A stretch of DNA of 64,000 nt from positions 2,519 through 66,518 of the forward strand of contig DAOOVG010000001.1 of assembly GCA_035369865.1 (NCBI GenBank), in the 5' to 3' direction. The notes beneath the pieces are model-generated. The model was not told the origin of the DNA. It saw nothing but the letters and a program-made list of their open reading frames with translations, and did no database searches. The stretch is from Paludibacteraceae bacterium. GTDB taxonomy: Bacteria; Bacteroidota; Bacteroidia; Bacteroidales; Paludibacteraceae. This document shows positions 8,658 to 18,253 of this stretch, one piece after another. A program made the translations under genes and the position numbers. Every line of letters starts with the position of its first letter. Positions within the stretch are counted from its first letter, which is position 1.

Positions 8658-9992
8658 TCAACCAATAAATAAAGAAGTAACAAAAACACATAAAAAAACG
8701 GTTATTCCCATAACAGCAGTAGCGGTCGAATAAACTTTCAAGCTGGTATTAATTTCTATTCCTGAAAAACGGGTTACCACCCAAAAATAAGAGTCGTTGG
8801 CATGGGAAATCATCATAGAACCAGCACCCATAGCAAGCAGTGTCAATAATTTCCCCATTTCAGAAGCCAAGCCCAAGGTTGAAAGCATAGGTGCAACAAA
8901 AGAAGCGGCCGTTATAATGGCTACCGTTGAAGAACCTTGTGCCGTTTTCAATAAAAAAGCAATTAAAAAAGGAACCAACAAACCTAATTTCGTTTTTACT
9001 AAAAATTCAGCCGCATATAAGCCGATATTTGTTTCTTTTATAACCAATCCAAACATGCCGCCAGCTGCCGTGATAATAAGTATGGGACCTGCTTTTTCTA
9101 TAGCATTTTCCAATATTTCGTTATAAATATTCATATTTCCACTCTTGAGCAATAAAAACGATAGGATTGCTCCAATAAAAAGGGCAATTACAGGTTGCCC
9201 AGCAAAAAATATAATTTTTACGATTAAATTTTCGGATGAAAAACCAAAAGCTCCCAATAACGACGCAATGGCAATTAAAAGAATCGGGACAAGAATGGGC
9301 AATAAAGATAATGAAACTGATGGAAGTTTTTGAAATTGTAGTTTATTCGTTTCATCTGTTTCAGATTCAATATATTGATAACTATCGTGACGAGTTTTCC
9401 ATTTTGTCCAAAAAAAAGCCACCAATGCAGCAGGTATGGCAAACAATATGCCCAGTAGGATAAAATAAGCAAGATTAACTTCGATGATGCCGGATGCTGC
9501 CAATGCTCCCGGATGAATAGGTACCAGACAATGAACGGCATACAAAGAGGTAGCCAATACAACAGCCGTAAATGATAAGGCAATTTTAGTTTTTGAGCTG
9601 AAAGACTTTGCTATGCCACTCAATATGATAAATCCGGCATCGCAAAAAATAGGCAACCCTGTTACAAAACCCGTTATCCCTATTGCCGCAGCAGCTTTGC
9701 TTTGTCCGGTTTTTTTCAAAATGTAATTGGCAATACTTACTGCGCCTCCCGATTTTTCAAGAACAACTGCAATAATTGATCCAAAAATAATAATGAATCC
9801 TATTGTAGCAATGGTATCGCCAAAACCTCTTTTTAGAATATCAATGATAGAATAAAAGGGAAGAGTTGCCATAGCAAGCAGTAACGATACCACAAACAAC
9901 GAAACAAAAGCATTTAATTTTAGTATAGAAGTAAGCCAAATAATTAATACTATGCTCAACAAAACCAATATGGAAACTAACAAAGGACTCAT
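8658..9992 (-). CDS. GntP-family (gluconate/glycerate-type) H+ symporter
   Basis: 444-aa polytopic membrane protein. Its length, hydrophobicity pattern and FLLKTAQGSSTVAIITAA motif are typical of GntP permeases. Confidence 0.75.
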   Translation of the reverse strand: MSPLLVSILVLLSIVLIIWLTSILKLNAFVSLFVVSLLLAMATLPFYSIIDILKRGFGDTIATIGFIIIFGSIIAVVLEKSGGAVSIANYILKKTGQSKAAAAIGITGFVTGLPIFCDAGFIILSGIAKSFSSKTKIALSFTAVVLATSLYAVHCLVPIHPGALAASGIIEVNLAYFILLGILFAIPAALVAFFWTKWKTRHDSYQYIESETDETNKLQFQKLPSVSLSLLPILVPILLIAIASLLGAFGFSSENLIVKIIFFAGQPVIALFIGAILSFLLLKSGNMNIYNEILENAIEKAGPILIITAAGGMFGLVIKETNIGLYAAEFLVKTKLGLLVPFLIAFLLKTAQGSSTVAIITAASFVAPMLSTLGLASEMGKLLTLLAMGAGSMMISHANDSYFWVVTRFSGIEINTSLKVYSTATAVMGITVFLCVFVTSLFIG

Positions 9993-10049
9993 ATATTTAT
10001 TTTGCTACACAAGTTTTTACTTTAAAAAACACTTAAAAAAGGAATGAAA

Positions 10050-12278
10050 TTAATTTCTTTGCCAATCTTTTATTATTTGCTGATAATACTTTTTATAGAA
10101 TTTTTTAGTAACTTTTACAGGATCACCTTTTGTAAAAGTTGGATATAATTCGTTGCTGTTTACCCATTCCCATTCCCAATCTTTGATTTGTTCATCAAAT
10201 TTCTGCTGGTCAAATTCTTTTCGTTGTGACAAATCAGTAATTACTTGATTGATAAATTTTTTCCAACGAACTTTATAAAAGCCATTGAGTAATCCTGACC
10301 ATTGTTTGCAGGCATAGTCATGAATATGACAATCCTTATCTCCCCAAAGAGTAATTAAATCTCGAGCATTTTTTTCATACAATTTTCTTTCTTCGTCGTT
10401 GGTACCCCATTTTTTTGCATCTTCCAGCCAAATTCCCAACAAAAAATCTTTTCTGGTAGCTAACAATTCATCCATATCAGAAATTAAATCAAGGAAACGT
10501 TGACTGTTTTTTCTGAAAGAAGATAGATTTTTTGTTTGATAATCTTTTGCCATTTGCTGTTGGATGGCAGAAGCATAATCTGCCATCACTTGTCGCGTAA
10601 TATCAACTACATCAAATTGATAACCATCGCTATTTTTAAATTCATCTGAAGCTGTAATGAATAATTTCCACGCTTCTACCAGCATCATTGGATTGTAAGG
10701 CAAGGTGGTGTTGCAGGTTCCTCCCGGATTTTTTTTAAAAGTGGGCCGTCCGGTAATAATAGATTCAGGTCCTCCATTGGTAATAGTATCAGCATAAACA
10801 CTTTGGGATAAAATTTTCCATGCCTTTTCTATATTCGCATTCTTTTCCCCATATCGTCGTAGAGCATAATTATTCAGCCAATTGTTTATCTCGATAGGTG
10901 TATCACACCAAACATTTTCGAGCATCATATCATAAATAATCGGATTTTGTTCTATTCCTTCCATGGTTAAACCAATACCCATCATTTTATCTGCAACTGG
11001 ATTATGAAGCGCTTGTGCAGGATGTTGTGCAACACTGCTCATATAACCGGAAAGATTAATATTTTTCCCAAAATTATGAAGCATATTCCAAATCCAAGGT
11101 TTTCCGTAATAAGCTTCCGTGCTTTTCCAAACAGGATATCGTTCACTCCACAAATCCAAAATAATCATTTTATCGTTGGGGATTCCATTCAGTAAAGCTT
11201 TGATAGCATTTTGTCGCCAGAAATTTTTATCATGATAGAATAACCATCCTTGCATAATCCACGTTGCAGCAGGATCTGCTATCTGCATCGATTGATAAAC
11301 TTTTTGACTGATATTATTCAAAAAAAGTGAGTCATTGGAAGGCGGTCTGTTTTCGTTAAATGTGTCAGCCGAATAAAAATGATCGGAGCCAAACACACGA
11401 ATTTCTTCTTCAATAAAACGTTTCCCAATTTCGGTAAACAAAGGTTCGTTAGGATCGAGAATACACACTTCTGGAAAATTTACCCATGAAGTTTTTCTGA
11501 TTTTTGCTTGTGGAAATTTTTCTTGAAAAGAAGGAGGAACATGTCCTGTAAAAGCAGGCAAAATAGGTGTCATTCCCAAAGAACGTTCTTGTTGAAGAAT
11601 TTTTTTCTGCAATTCTTCTTGTTTCTGCATAAATGATAAAGGCAAGGGTCCATCCCAACCGTCGAGATTACCCATCCAAAACCAGCTAAAATAAGCCGGT
11701 CCACTGAAAAAATCCTTTAAATCTTCATCAGAAAAACCTAAACTTTTATAAACTTCCCGCCAAATAGAATTTTGACCTGTTAAAGCAAGAGGCATATTGA
11801 TGCCATTCATTGCCATCCAATCAATTTCTTTTTGCCAGCGTTCCCAATCCCACCAGCTCATACTGTAATTAAAAGTACAGTAGTTCAAATAATAACGATA
11901 TTTGTAAGGCGATTTTTGTCTTATCATCTGATCTACTCTGGGTAAAGGTTCAGGTAAGTTTAAATTGGTGCCATTCCACGTAATTTGACAATGGGCAATG
12001 TGTTTTAAATAATAATTGAAAGCACTTGCAACCGATACTCCGTTGTTTCCACGCAAGATAATTTTATCATTTTTCGAAAATACTTCAAAAATATCTTTGT
12101 CGTCGGCATCTTTACTAATAAATTCAATTTCAAAATCATTAGCTTTTTGTGGTAAAACTCTTTTTATCAAATCTTGAACTGCTTTTTTTTGTTCTTGCAT
12201 ATTGCTTTGTGGCGTAGCATTAACTAATAATGCTAACCCTACAAAAAATATTACTAAGAAAAATTTTGCCCGTTTCAT
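10050..12278 (-). CDS. Alpha-N-acetylglucosaminidase, GH89 (NAGLU-like), secreted
   Basis: 742 aa with a signal peptide. It shows the three-domain NAGLU pattern (ITWNGTNLNLP..., YRYYLNYCTFNYSMSWWDWERWQKEIDWMAMNGINMPLA, WIWNMLHNFG). Confidence 0.85.
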   Translation of the reverse strand: MKRAKFFLVIFFVGLALLVNATPQSNMQEQKKAVQDLIKRVLPQKANDFEIEFISKDADDKDIFEVFSKNDKIILRGNNGVSVASAFNYYLKHIAHCQITWNGTNLNLPEPLPRVDQMIRQKSPYKYRYYLNYCTFNYSMSWWDWERWQKEIDWMAMNGINMPLALTGQNSIWREVYKSLGFSDEDLKDFFSGPAYFSWFWMGNLDGWDGPLPLSFMQKQEELQKKILQQERSLGMTPILPAFTGHVPPSFQEKFPQAKIRKTSWVNFPEVCILDPNEPLFTEIGKRFIEEEIRVFGSDHFYSADTFNENRPPSNDSLFLNNISQKVYQSMQIADPAATWIMQGWLFYHDKNFWRQNAIKALLNGIPNDKMIILDLWSERYPVWKSTEAYYGKPWIWNMLHNFGKNINLSGYMSSVAQHPAQALHNPVADKMMGIGLTMEGIEQNPIIYDMMLENVWCDTPIEINNWLNNYALRRYGEKNANIEKAWKILSQSVYADTITNGGPESIITGRPTFKKNPGGTCNTTLPYNPMMLVEAWKLFITASDEFKNSDGYQFDVVDITRQVMADYASAIQQQMAKDYQTKNLSSFRKNSQRFLDLISDMDELLATRKDFLLGIWLEDAKKWGTNDEERKLYEKNARDLITLWGDKDCHIHDYACKQWSGLLNGFYKVRWKKFINQVITDLSQRKEFDQQKFDEQIKDWEWEWVNSNELYPTFTKGDPVKVTKKFYKKYYQQIIKDWQRN

Positions 12279-12289
12279 TTTACCGAAAT

Positions 12290-14470
12290 TTATTTTAATT
12301 GTTTAATATATTTTTTTGCTTCTTCAATCGGATTTGAAAAAGGTTTTACTTGAGGCTGCCACGGAGTATTTATCCATTCTTCTTCCCAATCGTTCAATGA
12401 ATTTCTTTTATTCGAAAAATAAATTTGAATACGAGGAATATAATAATCACGAATAAGTCCATTCCACACTCGAGCTGCATAATCTTCTTGAAAACCACCC
12501 CAAGTAGTGATTAATCGTTTAGCATCAGCTTCATATTTCATTTTTTCAGCATCATTGGTAGCTTGCTTGTGTGTGAAATTTACCCAGTTTTCAAGTTTAT
12601 GTGTAGGGTGCGAAGCCAACAGTTTATCAACGAACAAAAGAATATCGATAGTTTGATCTAAAGCCTTTTTGGCTTCTGCTTTTTGGTTTAAAGAATCTGT
12701 TTTTAATGCTTTTTTATAGCAAAAATCTGCTTTTGCCGATAAATATAAAGCCGAAAATTCAATAGCGTCGTTACAGTATAAAGGCGATTTTTTTAATTCG
12801 TCAGAACAATCCAAAAATAATTCGACTCCTTGCAAAAATTTTTCACTGGTATCTATCTTACTTTTTCTGCGTTGGTCGGGAACAACCGTTTGCCATGTAA
12901 ATCGAGGATAAGAATACAACGAACTATAAACAGATTGAAGTAAAAGTTTCCATGCTTTTTCCATTTTTTTCGGGTAACCCCCATATTTGGCCATGCAATA
13001 TTTAGCTATCCAGTTATTAATATCCATTTCTTTGTCTTGCCAACCCATGTCGGCCAATAATTCATATACCACTTCATTGTTTTCTATTCCTTCAGGAGCA
13101 AAGCCAAAACCAATTAAATTATTTCGATAAGAAGATTGTAAAGCTTGTATAGAATAAGAAGCGTAGAGAGTTAATTCTCCGGTCAATGGAGTTTTTCCAC
13201 CAAAATTTGGAGTATAGGAAAAAATCCAGTTTTTCCCATAAAATCCTTCATGTACTTTCCATGTCAAATCTGTATGCCACACCCATTTTGGATATTCATT
13301 GGCCAAATCAATGATTATCATTTTATCGTTTGGTACTTTCTTGAGTAAAGCTTGGAGGCTGGGTTTGTCCCAAAATTTATGCTGATAACCAAAAGTCCAA
13401 CCTTGTGTTACCCACACGGCATCAGGATTTCCTGCTACGATAGATTTGTAAATAGCTTCTCCATACTCTTCGAGCAATTTATGTTTCGATTCTTCATTAT
13501 CAACAGGAAGTTCCATCTCGTTGAAGCTGTCTGAAAGATAATAAATGTTTTTTCCAAATTCATTTTCCCATTCTTGAATAAACAGTTTACCGATTTTTTC
13601 AAAAAAAGGAGAATCGGGAGCAATAACAAAAGCATTATATTTTTCCGAAAAACCGCCCCATTTTAATTGCTTTACTTTTATATCAGGATTCTTTTCCATA
13701 AAAGCTTTTGGTACGAAACCTGCAAAAGTAGGAATAATAGGTTGCATTCCTAATTCTCGCATACGGTCAATAATTTTGTGCTGAAGTTGTAATTGCTGTC
13801 TATGCCAAGAATCAGTTAAAGGACCATCCCAGCCATTAAGATTACCCATGCGGTGCCAGGGTAAATAAGCCGGTCCTGTAAAAAATTCATTAATTTCCTC
13901 TTTTGTTAAGCCCAATTTTAACCACACACGTTCTGCGATGGCTTCACTTGCTATAGGAGCCAAAGGCATATTAATACCATGAAGAGCCATCCAATCAATT
14001 TCTTCTTCCCAACGTTTCCAATCCCAGTAAGGTGTTGTATATCCGAATGTTACCACATTCAAATAATAGCGAAATTGATATGGTGATACAATTTCTTTTT
14101 TTTCATAGTCAGGCCACGATGCAGGTATATTCAAATGTTTACCACTCCATGTAATCATAGAATGACAAGCTTCTTTTAAATACGTATTAAAAGCATAACA
14201 AAGAGCCACTGTGCTACTTCCCTCAATGTGCAATGACCCATTTTTTGCTTCTATGTTAAAAGATTCTAAGCCTTTTACAGAAGGTATTACGCCAAAATTA
14301 ATGTCCTCGGCTTTTTCACCTATTGCCCTTGTTATAACATTTTTTGCGGGAGTAATTATATCTGATAGTTGTGCTTCTTTATCTTGTGCAAAAGAAGGAT
14401 AGCCATAACAAACTTGGTAACTTACCAAAAGGAAAGAAAAAGAGAAAAAAAGAAATGTTTTCTTTAGCAT
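12290..14470 (-). CDS. Alpha-N-acetylglucosaminidase, GH89, diverged paralogue of the neighbouring gene
   Basis: 726 aa with a signal peptide. It carries the same conserved blocks (ITWSGKHLNIP, FRYYLNVVTFGYTTPYWDWKRWEEEIDWMALHGINMPLA). Confidence 0.85.
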   Translation of the reverse strand: MLKKTFLFFSFSFLLVSYQVCYGYPSFAQDKEAQLSDIITPAKNVITRAIGEKAEDINFGVIPSVKGLESFNIEAKNGSLHIEGSSTVALCYAFNTYLKEACHSMITWSGKHLNIPASWPDYEKKEIVSPYQFRYYLNVVTFGYTTPYWDWKRWEEEIDWMALHGINMPLAPIASEAIAERVWLKLGLTKEEINEFFTGPAYLPWHRMGNLNGWDGPLTDSWHRQQLQLQHKIIDRMRELGMQPIIPTFAGFVPKAFMEKNPDIKVKQLKWGGFSEKYNAFVIAPDSPFFEKIGKLFIQEWENEFGKNIYYLSDSFNEMELPVDNEESKHKLLEEYGEAIYKSIVAGNPDAVWVTQGWTFGYQHKFWDKPSLQALLKKVPNDKMIIIDLANEYPKWVWHTDLTWKVHEGFYGKNWIFSYTPNFGGKTPLTGELTLYASYSIQALQSSYRNNLIGFGFAPEGIENNEVVYELLADMGWQDKEMDINNWIAKYCMAKYGGYPKKMEKAWKLLLQSVYSSLYSYPRFTWQTVVPDQRRKSKIDTSEKFLQGVELFLDCSDELKKSPLYCNDAIEFSALYLSAKADFCYKKALKTDSLNQKAEAKKALDQTIDILLFVDKLLASHPTHKLENWVNFTHKQATNDAEKMKYEADAKRLITTWGGFQEDYAARVWNGLIRDYYIPRIQIYFSNKRNSLNDWEEEWINTPWQPQVKPFSNPIEEAKKYIKQLK

Positions 14471-14518
14471 TTTTAATAAATAAAAAATCCGACTAATAAA
14501 AAGTTAAAGAATTCTTGA

Positions 14519-14551
14519 AAAATTATCAGGGAATTATTCCCTGATAATTTT
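14519..14551. terminator. 33-nt perfect palindrome / strong hairpin between the lipoprotein gene and the GH89 genes (possible intra-operon terminator or processing site)
   Basis: AAAATTATCAGGGAAT-T-ATTCCCTGATAATTTT has 16-nt arms paired position by position, with A/T-runs at both ends. Confidence 0.5.
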
Positions 14552-14575
14552 AAATTTAAACGATTGTTAACTAAA

Positions 14576-15847
14576 CTATTCTTCCAATGCTGTTTGAACT
14601 TTTATATTTAAAATAAGCGGTTTTAGGAAAAGCATCTTTGCCTCTTCCTGACCTATTTTTGGACCTACCCCTTCTACATTAACGAAACATTGAGTATCAT
14701 CATACATTTGTACTATTTGCATGATACCATAATAAAGTTTACCTCCTTTTTGACTTTTAAGTATGATATAATCACCCGTTCTGAAATTCTCTTCCATAGG
14801 ACTGGTGGAGCCTGTTCCAGCATTAGTTCGACGTCGTGCATAATTTAGCGCACCTAAAGAAGTAGGATTGTCTATAACACCTAAAGTGGCATTGTCCAAT
14901 CTCGACTGAATCTTACCTAACAAATAGTTTGCTCTTATCTTTGCTGAATTTGTAGAAGCTTCATCTCCTAATACGGTAAATAGTGAGTCTACAAATTTAT
15001 AGCGATCTTCCTTCCAGCCACTACCAATCCATGATCCTGCTATAATTTTAAATTGGGTTGTGTCAATATTTTCTTGCCTGATAGCTTTCCCATTAATTTC
15101 ATATAAATCACACTGACGTCCTGTAGTTCCACCGCCTAATTGCGATTTCCAAAGATTACTAAACATATAACCTCGCTGACTACTGATGTAAGCTCCATTG
15201 GAGGTATTTTGTAATACATTTAAGAAACAAAAACTTCCATTTAGACCATCCACTGAGCGTAATTCATCAACACTCAGCACATGCTTTATTTCTCCATCAA
15301 TATTCACACCTTGAATGGAGAAAAACGAAGGAGTACTGGACGAAGCACCTGTATTTGGTATTGGATAAACATCTGGATGATTCTCATGATTCCAAACCAT
15401 CGTATCAGCCTTAAGTATTACTTGCCCAACAAACACAGAACCACTGGCTTCACCCTCCACTTTACCTATTGATATATAAGTAGTTTTAATAGCATTACCA
15501 ACAGTAGCTTTTATTTCAATATGAGTAATTTCCTTACTATCAACAAAATATTCCATATCAAAATTAATAGTACTCGTACCTGTTGAAGGATATTCTTGAG
15601 CATCACCTTTGGGAACATAAACACCATTTTCAAGTTTAACGCCTGTAAATGTTAAACTTGTTATTGGTTTGTCACTTGTAGCAGTACCTTTTATTTGAAG
15701 AGGTGCTGCATAATTTACAACACCAAAACTTGTTTGATCTAATGTAAATTGTACATTGGCTTCTTTGTCTTCATCACTTTTGCAGGAAATAAAATAACAC
15801 CCTGCAAAAAGCATAATAAATAAAATAAAAACATTAATTCTTTTCAT
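14576..15847 (-). CDS. Hypothetical PUL-encoded surface lipoprotein (possible SusE/F-like glycan-binding protein)
   Basis: 423 aa with a lipoprotein-type signal peptide (…IMLFAGCYFISCKSD). I recognise no catalytic motifs. It occupies the position usually held by SGBPs in PULs. Confidence 0.4.
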   Translation of the reverse strand: MKRINVFILFIMLFAGCYFISCKSDEDKEANVQFTLDQTSFGVVNYAAPLQIKGTATSDKPITSLTFTGVKLENGVYVPKGDAQEYPSTGTSTINFDMEYFVDSKEITHIEIKATVGNAIKTTYISIGKVEGEASGSVFVGQVILKADTMVWNHENHPDVYPIPNTGASSSTPSFFSIQGVNIDGEIKHVLSVDELRSVDGLNGSFCFLNVLQNTSNGAYISSQRGYMFSNLWKSQLGGGTTGRQCDLYEINGKAIRQENIDTTQFKIIAGSWIGSGWKEDRYKFVDSLFTVLGDEASTNSAKIRANYLLGKIQSRLDNATLGVIDNPTSLGALNYARRRTNAGTGSTSPMEENFRTGDYIILKSQKGGKLYYGIMQIVQMYDDTQCFVNVEGVGPKIGQEEAKMLFLKPLILNIKVQTALEE

Positions 15848-15860
15848 AATCTTTATAATT

Positions 15861-16652
15861 TTAATAGTTAGTATATATTAATTTAATAATTGAAATTACC
15901 GGCAAATGATCTGATAATTTACAGTCAGTATGAACTTTTGTTGAAATTAGTTGAAAATTCTGAGTAGGATACCCATATATATAATCAATTTTTATCTTTG
16001 GTTCTTTGGTTGAAAAAGTATAACTAGTATCAGTTAAATTGATCCATGAAGCAAATCCTTCTTTTATTTCTTGGTCATGAGGCGTGGCATTTAAATCCCC
16101 TGCTAATAAAATTGGAGTTTTAATTTTTTTTATTTCTTCATTAATAAATGAAATTTGTGCTTGTCGAGTTTTTGAAGAAGAAACTTCTAAATGGGTACAC
16201 ATAAAAGTCAAAGAATTTCCATCTGGTAGTTCAATTTCAGCTATAAGCAAAGCTCTTTGTTCTTTTCCCCGTTCAGGATTAGGTAACAAAATACGTTCGC
16301 TTTTTATAATAGGATATTTCGATAACAACCCCACTCCATAATAACCTCCTTTATAATTAATTGCTTTACCATATAATCCAAATAATTCAGTATAATAAGC
16401 AATTTCATTAATATAAGCTTTCCCTTTTTGATGAGGTGCCCGTTCTCTATTTACTTTCCAATCGCATTCTTGAAGTGCTACTAAATCAGGTTCTTCATTT
16501 TTAATAAATGATGAAATTTCCGAGAGAGTAGCTAATTCACCAAACCGTATATTATAAGTCATTACTTTTAACTGATTAAGCGAATTTTTACCTTCAATTC
16601 TTGGAACAAGAAATAATAAAAATAAAAAAATATATTTTATCTTAATTTTCAT
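15861..16652 (-). CDS. Secreted endonuclease/exonuclease/phosphatase (EEP) family protein
   Basis: 263 aa with a signal peptide. Motifs are LKVMTYNIRFG, DLVALQEC, AGDLNATPH and SDHLPVISII. Confidence 0.8.
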   Translation of the reverse strand: MKIKIKYIFLFLLFLVPRIEGKNSLNQLKVMTYNIRFGELATLSEISSFIKNEEPDLVALQECDWKVNRERAPHQKGKAYINEIAYYTELFGLYGKAINYKGGYYGVGLLSKYPIIKSERILLPNPERGKEQRALLIAEIELPDGNSLTFMCTHLEVSSSKTRQAQISFINEEIKKIKTPILLAGDLNATPHDQEIKEGFASWINLTDTSYTFSTKEPKIKIDYIYGYPTQNFQLISTKVHTDCKLSDHLPVISIIKLIYTNY

Positions 16653-16667
16653 TTTTAAGTCTGATTA

Positions 16668-17453
16668 TTAATTCAAATATTCAATTTTACATTCATACAT
16701 AGGAATATCTTCTATCCTAGTTTTAGTAACATCTCTACAAACAAAATTTACAGGAGTTAGAAAAAATATTTTGTATGTGTTCTGCTGATTTTCAGGATTA
16801 TAAAATGATAATCTAAAATTTTTTAAATGATACTTTAAATAAGTTTTCAACTCCTCTTCCATATCATTTTTTAAAGTCCCTACAATTACTTTGTTTGTAG
16901 GAAATAATTCTCCAATAAATTTTGTTATCAGTGAAAACTGAAAATTTTGCGTAATTTTACAAGTCATCAAGATTATTGATACAGGTTGACTTAATGGTGC
17001 CAATAAAGCACAACCTCCAATATAAAAACTGTCTACAACGGCCATCCCCTCAAAAACAGTTACCAAAGGTCTTACAATCATTCCGGTACCTTCAATTTTA
17101 TCTTCGTCAATATTATTTTGAATAAAAAATGAATTCATTTTGCTTTGCCATGCAATATCTACAACTGAAAGTGTTTCTCCAAACTCTACATCAGAACGAT
17201 CGAACAAGTAAGCCAAAGAGGTTATATTTTCACTCAGATGATTAATGATGCTTTGATAATCCGAACTTTGAAATAGGGAATTGTCATTTAATAAAGAGTA
17301 AAATTCAATTGTAAAAACATTATTTTGATTTATTGTAGCCGGAGGCATTGGTGCCTCATACCCTAAATCTTCAGGCTCGACAGGTGTTTTATCAGAACTA
17401 CAACTAACAAAAGTAAAAATCAACAACAAGAATATTTTATATAAGAATCTCAT
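16668..17453 (-). CDS. Hypothetical lipoprotein, no recognisable domain
   Basis: 261 aa with lipobox-like LLIFTFVSCSSDK. It is tightly packed between two EEP genes (2-nt and 15-nt gaps). Confidence 0.4.
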   Translation of the reverse strand: MRFLYKIFLLLIFTFVSCSSDKTPVEPEDLGYEAPMPPATINQNNVFTIEFYSLLNDNSLFQSSDYQSIINHLSENITSLAYLFDRSDVEFGETLSVVDIAWQSKMNSFFIQNNIDEDKIEGTGMIVRPLVTVFEGMAVVDSFYIGGCALLAPLSQPVSIILMTCKITQNFQFSLITKFIGELFPTNKVIVGTLKNDMEEELKTYLKYHLKNFRLSFYNPENQQNTYKIFFLTPVNFVCRDVTKTRIEDIPMYECKIEYLN

Positions 17454-17455
17454 AA

Positions 17456-18253
17456 TTAATCAAATTGAAGTTCAGCAACAATAAAACAATGATCTGATAA
17501 TTCAGGATACGCTATCACTTGATAAGTTATCTTTTCCCATGATTTAGGGTATCCCAAAATATAATCTATTCTTTTTGTCGGATTAGACGAAGAAATAGTG
17601 TTCCCTGTTCCGGAACCAATATCCTGCCATTTCAAGAAAGCATAATTCATGGTTTCAGAACCTGGCACAGCATTAAAATCTCCACCTAAAAGAACAGGCA
17701 TATTATTTGAAAAAATGTTGTTATTAATTGTTGCGATGGAAGAAACCCTTACTTGATCATTTGATGTGTCAAGATGAGTAACAGCAATACGAATTTTTCT
17801 TTTATTTGGTAAAACAACATCTATCCAAGCACATGACCTTTGCTCTGAGGCATCAGTTGGCTTAAAGGTAATGGTTCGAGCATTATAAAATGGATATTTA
17901 GATAAAATTCCATTACCATAACTGCCACTGGAAAAAGAAAATGCTCGTCCAAAATAAGGAAACATTCCAAGATTCACTGCTATTTCACCAAGTAAATCTT
18001 TATTCCCATTCCTGATTGTATAATGGTCCATTTCTTGAAACAGAACAAAATCAGGATTATAATTTTTTATACAATCGCTATAAGATTTCGCATTATAATT
18101 TGCCAATTCACCACCCTCTCTAATATTCATACTCATAATTTTAATAGATATAACTTGAGCATTTATTGAAATAGAAAAGAGAATAAAAAATGCAAGAAAA
18201 AATATTGAAATTGATCGATTCATCTTATGCTTTTTAAATTTTTTTAATCCCAA
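17456..18253 (-). CDS. Secreted endonuclease/exonuclease/phosphatase (EEP) family protein
   Basis: 265 aa. Motifs are IKIMSMNIREGG, DFVLFQEMD, GGDFNAVPGS and SDHCFIVAEL. The true start may be MNRS at 18223. Confidence 0.8.
   Translation of the reverse strand: MGLKKFKKHKMNRSISIFFLAFFILFSISINAQVISIKIMSMNIREGGELANYNAKSYSDCIKNYNPDFVLFQEMDHYTIRNGNKDLLGEIAVNLGMFPYFGRAFSFSSGSYGNGILSKYPFYNARTITFKPTDASEQRSCAWIDVVLPNKRKIRIAVTHLDTSNDQVRVSSIATINNNIFSNNMPVLLGGDFNAVPGSETMNYAFLKWQDIGSGTGNTISSSNPTKRIDYILGYPKSWEKITYQVIAYPELSDHCFIVAELQFD

Noticed and set aside
9275-9583. 102-aa minus-strand ORF, plus several plus-strand ORFs, inside the GntP permease gene
   Set aside because: They are alternative frames of a well-supported membrane-protein gene. 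Their translations are Trp/Leu-rich nonsense.
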